A stretch of 64,000 nucleotides of DNA from Candidatus Dormiibacterota bacterium (GTDB lineage Bacteria > Chloroflexota > Dormibacteria > Aeolococcales > Aeolococcaceae). This document shows positions 56,877 through 64,000 of this stretch, in pieces (position 1 is the first letter of the stretch; every line of letters begins with the position of its first letter). The notes beneath the pieces were generated by a model, which was given only the letters and a program-made list of their open reading frames with translations, did no database searches and had not been told where the DNA came from. The stretch lies in assembly GCA_963713485.1 (NCBI GenBank), contig CAVQLW010000005.1:333636-397635 (forward strand), in the 5' to 3' direction. The position numbers and the translations under genes are program-made.

Positions 56877-57722
56877 GTGGCCGCACCAGACGCTGCGCGT
56901 GCAGCAGCCACATTCAGAGCGCTGCACGAGCACAGACCGCTGGTCTTACCCAATGCCTGGGACGCTGTTTCGGCAGTCGTGATTGAGTCGGCGGGCGCGT
57001 TGGCCATCGCCACGAGCAGCGCCGCCGTCGCGTGGGCGTGTGGGGCTCCGGACGGCGAACGGATTGAGCGCGCTCGCATGTGGCAGGCGCTCTCTGAGAT
57101 CGTTGCGTCGGTCCACGTGCCGGTTTCCGCCGATATCGAGTCCGGCTATGGAGCGACCCTCGATGAGCTCGGCGTGGCGGTCAATTCACTGCTCGATATC
57201 GGGATCGCCGGAATCAATATTGAAGACAGCTTCGTCACCGACCGAGCGCTACGCGATCCGCCTATTCAGGCGGCGCGCATCAGAGCAGTGCGCGCAGCAG
57301 CGGAGCGCCGGCGTGTCCCGTTGTGGATCAACGCACGAACCGACACCTACCTCACCGCCGTCGGTAGTCCGCAGGAGAAGCTGCATGCGACGATCGTCCG
57401 AGCCGAGTTGTACGCGGCAGCCGGTGCTGACAGCCTGTTCGTCCCTGGAGTCGTTGACATCGGCACGATCCGCGAACTTGTCACCGGCCCGCTTCCACTC
57501 AATGTCATGGTCGGCCCCGGTGCTCCGGATGTCGGAGCGCTCGCGGAGGCCGGTGTGGCACGCGTGAGTGTCGGTCCGGCGATCGCGCAGGCGGCATACG
57601 GGCTGGTCGCGAGGGCGTCGCGCGAGCTGCTGGAGGATGGAACGTACACGGCGATGCACGACGGGTTCGACTACGTGCAGCTCAACAGGCTCGTCGAGCG
57701 GGCGGTCGGCCGCGTGCTCTGA
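56877..57722 (+). CDS. isocitrate lyase / PEP mutase family protein
   Basis: FRALHEHRPLVLPNAWDAVSA, PVSADIESGYG, INIEDS and the ADSLFVPG pattern. Confidence 0.8.
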   Translation: MAAPDAARAAATFRALHEHRPLVLPNAWDAVSAVVIESAGALAIATSSAAVAWACGAPDGERIERARMWQALSEIVASVHVPVSADIESGYGATLDELGVAVNSLLDIGIAGINIEDSFVTDRALRDPPIQAARIRAVRAAAERRRVPLWINARTDTYLTAVGSPQEKLHATIVRAELYAAAGADSLFVPGVVDIGTIRELVTGPLPLNVMVGPGAPDVGALAEAGVARVSVGPAIAQAAYGLVARASRELLEDGTYTAMHDGFDYVQLNRLVERAVGRVL

Positions 57723-57825
57723 CGTTTCGTGACTGAGACGGCGGTCTGAGCCCGTCGCTGTCGAAATCGGCGCTGCCCGTTCGTCGTTGAGGTGTTGGAA
57801 CCAATCTTCGTAAGGAGCGCGTGCC

Positions 57826-58176
57826 ATGCCCAAGTACCTCTTCCTCCAGTACATGGACGAGTCGAAAGCACCGAGACCTGGGACGCCTGAGCTGGCGGCG
57901 GTGATCGACGCGTTCGCGACCTACCTCGAGGAGCTGAAGGCCGCAGGAGCTTTCCTCGACGGCGATCCATGCCAGCCCTCGGCGGCCGGCTTCACGACAC
58001 AGGTCCGAGATGGGGAAGCGACGACGACGGACGGGCCGATGAGCTCGGCCGCGCCATGGCTCAACGGCTACTTTGTGCTCGAGTGCAAGGACGGCGCTGC
58101 CGCTGCCGCGTGGGCCGCGAAGAACCCCACGGCGTATGCCGGCTGCGTCGAGGTGCATCCGATTCTCACGCTATAG
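57826..58176 (+). CDS. YciI-family (YCII/DGPF) protein
   Basis: MPKYLFLQYMDE, DGPMSSAAPWLNGYFVLECKD and VEVHPI. Confidence 0.7.
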   Translation: MPKYLFLQYMDESKAPRPGTPELAAVIDAFATYLEELKAAGAFLDGDPCQPSAAGFTTQVRDGEATTTDGPMSSAAPWLNGYFVLECKDGAAAAAWAAKNPTAYAGCVEVHPILTL

Positions 58177-58279
58177 CCGAGGCTGCGCCTGATTCCAGCG
58201 GCCCCATCACCGGCGCGAAAGCGTCGACTGTGTGGGGTCGCTGGGACGTCAGTCCGACCTCGGCTAGACTTCGCCGAAA

Positions 58280-58856
58280 TTGGACTTCTTCGTCTACAGC
58301 CGAGACGCACTCGGTACGGCAGGACTGCGTGACGACCTGACGTTGCTGGAAGAACACTGGTCGTACATGGACAGGTTCGCGGCGTCGATGATCGCCCGTG
58401 GGCCGACGCTCGACACCGACCGCGAAACCGCGACCGGCAGCCTCCACATCCTTGCGTTGCCCAGCGTCGATGCGGTGCGTGAGTTCGTCACGGCCGAGCC
58501 GAACAACTGCGCAGGCGTCTACGGTGAGCATCTGATCTGCAGGTTCGAGAACCTGCTCGGACGCTCCATGTGGGAGTTCTCGGGCCAACCTGCAGAGTTC
58601 GCGGTTCCTCATCATCGGCCGTTCGCATCGTGGCCGGCCTGTGCCGGCGGAGACCCTGCCGCCGGAGTTGCTTGATCGGCTCGTTGTGTATGGAGCACTC
58701 ACGGCACTCGATGGTGCTGACCCGGTCGGAGTCGCGCTGGCGGTTCAGGCGCCGGATCGCGAAGCTGTCGATGCGGTCATCGAGGACGAGCGGACGGGGC
58801 TTGGCGCGTTCTCCGAGGTCGAGGTCCACGATTGGGAGTTCGGCGGACGGCGCTGA
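58280..58856 (+). pseudogene. two-domain YciI-like protein, frame interrupted between the domains
   Basis: ORF 58280..58675 (FFVYSRD...GSLHILALPSVDAVREFVTAEP) and ORF 58641..58856 (second half, EVEVHDWEFGG). Deleting one T in GAGTTCG (58595-58601) reads ...GQPAESRFLIIGRSHRGRPVPAETL... Confidence 0.65.
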
Positions 58857-58990
58857 AACGCACGGCTACTGGCGCGCCAGTCTGCCGCAACGGAGCTGCG
58901 GGTGAACAGGGGCTGCACGAGGTGCTCGCGGTCCACCCCGGTGTGCAATCAGCACACCAGAGCGCGGTTGGCTGGGACGATAGAGTCGAT

Positions 58991-59770
58991 GTGGTGAGCT
59001 ACGACGAGCTCGCCGATCGGGTGCTCTCCCTTCCCCACTGCGAGCCGATGGTGCTGGCGGGCCGTCCGCGGCGGGGGTGGGTCAGGGTCGACCCCGCAGG
59101 GGTGCGTATCCGTACGCAACTCGTGGGGTGGGTGAACCTCGCCTTCGCCCGCGCTCATCGTCTACGTCCCAAGGGTCCAGTCGAGAACGGACTGCCCGAA
59201 CCCGAGCGCCGCGCAGGCACAGGCAGACCGGCCCGGCCAGGTCCGATCCTCGACTTCGACGGCTACGAGATGTGGAAGGCTCTCGATGCCCAGCGTCGCG
59301 AGCGGGGGCTGAGCTGGAGCGGGGTGGCAGCAGAGATCTGGGAACTGTCCGCCGAGCTCAACGTGCGTCGACCCACCGACCATCCGATCAGCCCAGCCAC
59401 GATCAAAGGGCTGAGTGAGGGTGGCGAGAGCAGTTGCCAGCACGCGCTTTTCATGCTGCGCTGGCTCGGCACGTCTCCCGAGTCGTTCCTGCGCGGAGGC
59501 GACACCATTCCCACTCCTGAGCCGCTGCCGGACTGCGGCCTGGACCGGCGCCTGCGCTGGGATCTGCGCCGAACCTACGCCGCCCTGGACGAAGCGCGGC
59601 GCGACCGCGATCTCACCTGGCCTCAGCTCGCCCGCGACCTGCGCTGCACGCCCAGCCAGCTGACCGGGATCCGCACCGCCCGCTTCGCCATTGGGATGGG
59701 CCTGGCCATGCGAATCGTGCAGTGGCTGGGACGGCCGGCAGCCGACTTCGTTGACCCGGCGGAGTGGTAG
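58991..59770 (+). CDS. hypothetical protein with two HTH-like repeats
   Basis: In-frame GTG of ORF 58832..59770. Repeats LSWSGVAAEIWELS and LTWPQLARDLRCTPSQLTGIR. Start uncertain. Confidence 0.45.
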   Translation: MVSYDELADRVLSLPHCEPMVLAGRPRRGWVRVDPAGVRIRTQLVGWVNLAFARAHRLRPKGPVENGLPEPERRAGTGRPARPGPILDFDGYEMWKALDAQRRERGLSWSGVAAEIWELSAELNVRRPTDHPISPATIKGLSEGGESSCQHALFMLRWLGTSPESFLRGGDTIPTPEPLPDCGLDRRLRWDLRRTYAALDEARRDRDLTWPQLARDLRCTPSQLTGIRTARFAIGMGLAMRIVQWLGRPAADFVDPAEW

Positions 59771-59781
59771 GCCGGACAAGA

Positions 59782-59811
59782 GGGGCCGCCTCCAGCGTCG
59801 AAGGCGGCCCC
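59782..59811. terminator. bidirectional GC hairpin between convergent genes
   Basis: GGGGCCGCCT-N10-AGGCGGCCCC. Confidence 0.55.
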
Positions 59812-59865
59812 GGGCGAGAGGGGAGGAGGTTCGTCAGGAAAGCGCCGGCGGCTGCGTGCGGATCG

Positions 59866-62760
59866 TCAGCTGCAGCCGCTCGTGGCTCCGCAGTTGTGGC
59901 ACTTGTAGCAGGCGCCGTTGCGCACCATGAGGCTGCCGCAGTCGCTGCACGTCGGCGCGTCCTCCTGGTTGATGAACGCGCCGGGGCTGCTCATCGGAAT
60001 CGCTGCGACCGGCTTGCGTGCGGGTGCGGCCGCCGCTGACGCCGGTGCAGCACTCGCCGTTGTCGCGGCTGCGGCGGTTGCCGGCGCGGTGCCGAAATCG
60101 GCGTGGTCGGTATCGGCCACGCTGCCGTCGGGCTCACGCCGGATGATGCCGAGCCGGTCGCGCTCCTCCTGCGGCAGGAAGCGCGATGCGAGCCAGCGGA
60201 AGATGTAATCCATCACCGACTTGGCAATCGGGATCTCGGGGTTCCGCGTGAAACCCTGCGGGTCGAACCGCGTGTGCGAGAACTTGTCGACGAGCGCGGG
60301 GAGGGGCACGCCGTATTGCAGCGCCAGGGACACCGCCGTGGCGAACGAGTCCATGAGCCCGCTGACCGTGGAGCCTTCCTTGGCCATCCGCAGGAAGATC
60401 TCGCCAGGGGTCCCGTCCTCATACAGGCCGACCGTGATGTATCCCTCGTGGCCGCCGACCTCGAACTTGTGCGTGATCGCGGTCCGCTCGGCGGGGAGGC
60501 GCTTGCGCAGCGGGCGCTCGACCACCTGGACGCGCTGCCCCGTGGTCTTGTCCATGCTCGTCGCGAGGGGCTGGCTGCGCTTGCTGCCGTCGCGGTAGAT
60601 CGCGACCGCCTTGAGCCCGAGCTTCCATCCATCGATGTACGCCCGCTCGATGTCCTCGACGGTGGACTCATTGGGCATGTTCACCGTCTTGGAGATGGCG
60701 CCGCTGATGAACGGCTGCACCGCGGCCATCATCCGCAGGTGTCCCTGCCACGTGATGGAGCGCTTGCCGTTCTGCGGGGTGAACGCGCAGTCGAAGACCG
60801 CGATGTCCTCGTCGCGCAGGTTGGGCGCGCCCTCGATGGTGTCGTTGGCGTCGATGTACGCGATGATCTCGGCGTTCGCCGTCTCGCCGTAGCCGAGGCG
60901 GCGCAGCGCTGCCGGCACGGTGCCGTTGACCATCTTCAGCATCCCGCCGCCGACGAGCTTCTTGTACTTGACGAGCGCGATGTCCGGCTCGACGCCGGTG
61001 GTGTCGCAATCGAGCATGAAGCTGATCGTCCCGGTGGGCGCGAGGACCGTCGCCTGGGAGTTGCGATAGCCGTGCCGCGCGCCGAGCTCGTGCGCCTCGT
61101 CCCACGCGTGCCGGGCGGCGCCGACGAGGTCTGCCTCGACGTTGTCGGTGGGGATGTTGTACGCGGCTTCGCGATGCTTGCCGATCACGCGCAGCATCGG
61201 CTGGCGGTTCGCGGCGTAGCCGTTGAACGGCCCGATCTCGCGAGCGATCCGCGCCGACTGAGCGAATGCCTCGCCGGTGAGCATCGAGGTGAGGCAGGCG
61301 GCGAGGTCACGGCCCTGCGGCGAGTCGTACGGGACGCCGCGCGCCATCAGCAGCGCGCCGAGGTTCGCGTACCCGAGCCCGAGGGGGCGGAAGTTCTCGC
61401 TGTTGACGGCGATCTTCTCGGTGGGGTACGAGGCGTTGCTGACCAGGATCTCCTGGGCCGTGATCGTGATGTGGATCGCGTGCTTGTAGGCCTCGAGGTC
61501 GATCGTCCCGTCGTCGTTGAGGAACCGAGTGAGGTTGAGCGACGCGAGGTTGCAGCTCGTGTCGTCGAGGAACATGTACTCGCTGCACGGGTTGCTCGCG
61601 TTGATGCGGCCGGTGACGGCGGAGGTGTGCCAGTCGTTGATGGTGGTGTCGTACTGGACACCGGGGTCCCCGCACTGCCACGCCGACTCGGCCATGAGGC
61701 GCATCAGCTCGCGCGCCTTCACCGTCTTGAGGATGCGGTTGGAGTCGGTCACGGCGCGGAGGTGCCAGTCGCGGTCGTCCTGGACCGCGCGCATGAACTC
61801 GTCGGTCACACGGACCGAGTTGTTGCTGTTCTGGAAGAAGACCGACGCGTACGCCTCACCGGTGAAGGAGCTCTCGTAGCCGCCCTCGATGAGCGTCCAC
61901 GCCTTGCGCTCCTCGCTCACCTTGCAGGTGATGAACTCCTCGACGTCGGGGTGATCCGCGTTGAGGATGACCATCTTGGCGGCGCGCCGCGTGGTGCCAC
62001 CGCTCTTGATGACGCCCGCGAAGGCATCGAACCCCTTCATGAACGAGACCGGCCCGCTCGCGGTGCCGCCGCCGGCGAGGGACTCCGTCGACGAGCGGAT
62101 CGTGGAGAGGTTCGTCCCCGTGCCGCTGCCGTACTTGAAGAGCATCCCCTCGGTCTTCGCCAGCGTGAGGATCGATTCCATCGTGTCCTCGACGCTGTTG
62201 ATGAAACACGCGGAGATCTGCGGCTTGCTGGTGGTCACGCCCAGGTTGAACCAGACCGGGCTGTTGAAGCTCATCTTCTGGTGAAGCAGCAGGTGGGTCA
62301 GCTCGTCCTGGAACGCCTGCGCGTCAGACTCCGTGGCGAAGTAGCCGCCCTCGCGGCCCCACTTCGCGATGGTGTCCGCGACCCGCGAGATCATCTGCTT
62401 GACGCTGGTCTCGCGGCGAGACGTGCCGAGCGGCCCGCGGAAGTACTTGCTCACCACGACATTTGTGGCCATCTGTGACCAGAACGACGGGATCTCGACG
62501 TCCTTCTGCTCGAAGACCGTCTCGCCCTTCTCGTTGCCGATCGCCGCGGTCCGCTTCTCCCAGGTCACCTCGTCGAAGGGATGGACACCCTCGCGGGTGA
62601 ACCGGCGCTCGACGTGGATCCCGCCACCCTCGACCTCCACCTTCGCGCTCACCCGCGCACGATCCGACCCCTGACGGCGTGATCCTCGACGAGTCGAGAG
62701 CGATTCGGCCGCGGTGCTGATGGGGTCGTTCGATGGGGGATTGGAGGCGGAGCGATCCAC
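59866..62760 (-). CDS. nrdJ: class II (adenosylcobalamin-dependent) ribonucleotide reductase with a C-terminal zinc ribbon
   Basis: FSQMATNVVVSKYF, SNPCSEYMFLDDTSCNLASLNL and TISFMLDCDTTGVEPD, with a C-terminal CSDCG...CYKCHNCG. Start set at the GTG with a GAGGAA SD (62760). Longer in-frame starts lie at 62793 and 62841. Confidence 0.85.
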   Translation of the reverse strand: MDRSASNPPSNDPISTAAESLSTRRGSRRQGSDRARVSAKVEVEGGGIHVERRFTREGVHPFDEVTWEKRTAAIGNEKGETVFEQKDVEIPSFWSQMATNVVVSKYFRGPLGTSRRETSVKQMISRVADTIAKWGREGGYFATESDAQAFQDELTHLLLHQKMSFNSPVWFNLGVTTSKPQISACFINSVEDTMESILTLAKTEGMLFKYGSGTGTNLSTIRSSTESLAGGGTASGPVSFMKGFDAFAGVIKSGGTTRRAAKMVILNADHPDVEEFITCKVSEERKAWTLIEGGYESSFTGEAYASVFFQNSNNSVRVTDEFMRAVQDDRDWHLRAVTDSNRILKTVKARELMRLMAESAWQCGDPGVQYDTTINDWHTSAVTGRINASNPCSEYMFLDDTSCNLASLNLTRFLNDDGTIDLEAYKHAIHITITAQEILVSNASYPTEKIAVNSENFRPLGLGYANLGALLMARGVPYDSPQGRDLAACLTSMLTGEAFAQSARIAREIGPFNGYAANRQPMLRVIGKHREAAYNIPTDNVEADLVGAARHAWDEAHELGARHGYRNSQATVLAPTGTISFMLDCDTTGVEPDIALVKYKKLVGGGMLKMVNGTVPAALRRLGYGETANAEIIAYIDANDTIEGAPNLRDEDIAVFDCAFTPQNGKRSITWQGHLRMMAAVQPFISGAISKTVNMPNESTVEDIERAYIDGWKLGLKAVAIYRDGSKRSQPLATSMDKTTGQRVQVVERPLRKRLPAERTAITHKFEVGGHEGYITVGLYEDGTPGEIFLRMAKEGSTVSGLMDSFATAVSLALQYGVPLPALVDKFSHTRFDPQGFTRNPEIPIAKSVMDYIFRWLASRFLPQEERDRLGIIRREPDGSVADTDHADFGTAPATAAAATTASAAPASAAAAPARKPVAAIPMSSPGAFINQEDAPTCSDCGSLMVRNGACYKCHNCGATSGCS

Positions 62761-62862
62761 GATATTTCCTCTTCTACTGGTTGGGCGCTTCATTGTGCAA
62801 AGACGTGTGCAAGACGGCGCCCTGGCGGGCGGGAGCCCCAAACTCCGCGCTGTGAGATCACG

Positions 62863-64000
62863 TCAATTATCCCACATGTTGGGGGTCCGCCGTCCGGGAG
62901 CCCCCATATCTTGAGAGTCGGCACGCCGGACGTCAAGGGGTTCCTCGACCTCCGCGTGGGCCGCCAGGATGCCCCGATGCAGGTCGGGGACCTCCACTCG
63001 CATCGAGACCCGGCGGTCCCCGGCGAGCAGCAGAAACTCGCCGCGGGCAGCGGTCTCGAGTGACGCTCGCTGGGCCTCGGTGAGCCCGAACGCTCGCTCC
63101 ATCCGAGCCGTCTCCGCGGCACGGTGCCCGCCGAGGAGGACGACCGCGCAGTTGGTGGCGATCACGCTGCCCTCATCGCTGCTGAGGAGGTCCTGGGCGT
63201 TCTGGGTCGCGACCACGAGTGACGCGCCGTACTTGCGGCATCGCCGGGCCAGCTGCACGAGCAGATCGCGCAGGGGACGGTGCACGCAGAGCGCACCGAC
63301 CTCGTCGAAGACGATGTGGCGTCGCCGGCGGTCGTGGCGCACCAGCTCCCACAGCCAGCGCGCCACGATGAGCGTGGCTGCGGCGACGTGCTCCGGTGGC
63401 ATGTCACGCAGCGATATCGCGCACACACCGGAGTCGACCGCGAGTGACGTGGGACGGTTGAACAGCGCGCCGAGGCCGCCGGTGCAGAACCGCCTCACGA
63501 CGATCGCAACCGTGCGTGCCTCGGCATCGAGGGTCGCGAGGCAATCCTCGAGGAGCGGCACGCGACGTTCCGCCGCAGCGCGCCGGATCGCGTCGCGCGC
63601 GGCCGCGTCGACCACGGCTCGCTCGACGTCGCCGAGGCGGTCCCCGCACAGCACGGTCACGAGGTCAACGACCGCTGCGACCGCCTCCTCGATGTCGTCG
63701 TCCGCGCCCTCGAAGACGTTGACCGCCGCGTCCGTCCCCGGCGCCAGCTCGAGATACCTGCCGCCGAGCGCCTCGACGAGGCCGCGGTACTCGCCCTCGG
63801 GATCGATGATCACCGAGTTCACTCCCGCGACCGCTGCCTCGAGGACGAGCGTGCCGATCGCGAAGCTCTTGCCGTGTCCCGACGCGGCGAAGACGGCGAC
63901 GTTGGGGTTGGGATGGCGCGCGGTGTCGAACGGTGCGACCCGCACCGGCAGGCCCGACCGGATCGCTGCACCGAGGCGATAGCCGCCGGGATCGGAGCAG
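62863..64000 (-). CDS. VirB4/TrbE-like (AAA_10) ATPase, C-terminal part; 5' end outside window
   Basis: The frame is open to the right edge. Walker A AASGHGKS, IIDPEGEY, Walker B HIVFDEVGAL and RKYGASLVVATQNAQDL. Confidence 0.6.
   Translation of the reverse strand, partial: CSDPGGYRLGAAIRSGLPVRVAPFDTARHPNPNVAVFAASGHGKSFAIGTLVLEAAVAGVNSVIIDPEGEYRGLVEALGGRYLELAPGTDAAVNVFEGADDDIEEAVAAVVDLVTVLCGDRLGDVERAVVDAAARDAIRRAAAERRVPLLEDCLATLDAEARTVAIVVRRFCTGGLGALFNRPTSLAVDSGVCAISLRDMPPEHVAAATLIVARWLWELVRHDRRRRHIVFDEVGALCVHRPLRDLLVQLARRCRKYGASLVVATQNAQDLLSSDEGSVIATNCAVVLLGGHRAAETARMERAFGLTEAQRASLETAARGEFLLLAGDRRVSMRVEVPDLHRGILAAHAEVEEPLDVRRADSQDMGAPGRRTPNMWDN
62871..62917 (-). promoter_or_regulatory. two NrdR-box-like sites upstream of nrdJ
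   Basis: CCCACATGTTGGGG (62871-62884) and CCCCATATCTTGAG (about 62902-62915), with centres about 31 bp apart. They resemble the tandem NrdR operator arrangement. Confidence 0.45.

Noticed and set aside
4388-58601. Programmed +1 ribosomal frameshifting at GAGTTCG
   Set aside because: - The heptamer is in codon phase GAG|TTC|G at three sites but G|AGT|TCG in HK2.
- Many in-frame GAGTTCG copies are read normally.
- One site falls inside a Walker A motif.
A DNA-level or technical cause fits better.
62863-64000. Calling an integrative conjugative element or other mobile element
   Set aside because: Only a single VirB4-like ATPase fragment is visible. The window has no integrase, relaxase, repeats or att sites, so no mobile-element feature is claimed.

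Overview
High-GC (Actinomycetota- or Chloroflexota-like) chromosomal segment, densely coding on both strands. I found no rRNA, tRNA, CRISPR array, transposase or integrase.

Gene order, left to right:
- cobB 3' end, then a ChlI-like AAA+ ATPase paired with a COG4867-type VWA protein.
- Lipoproteins, an aldo/keto reductase, two tandem SHOCT proteins, a GT39-like membrane glycosyltransferase, an orphan B12-binding MCM subunit, L25/Ctc, MscS and a histidine phosphatase.
- About 16.4-31.7 kb: an accessory-looking block. It holds three paralogous soluble GAF histidine kinases, each with a stand-alone receiver protein. It also holds two near-identical MerR/HspR-like genes, Nramp, a processive GT2 synthase, a hemerythrin, two zinc-ribbon proteins and several small unknown proteins. 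Many of these sit behind related AT-rich promoter-like boxes.
- Housekeeping-type enzymes and transporters.
- A duplicated peptide-type ABC uptake/MocR regulator module with a shared upstream box.
- An ECF sigma factor, then a more AT-rich islet of four small unknown ORFs.
- An Ada-AlkA fusion and YciI-family genes.
- Class II RNR nrdJ with NrdR-like boxes.
- The 3' part of a VirB4-like ATPase running off the right edge.

Most notable sequence-level observations:
- At least six genes have single-nucleotide frame disruptions, and four of them occur at the same heptamer, GAGTTCG.
- A 107-109 bp x3 tandem repeat spans a stop codon.
- Two copies of the same GC-rich hairpin occur.

All functional calls come from reading the translated ORFs by eye. 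No database search was run.
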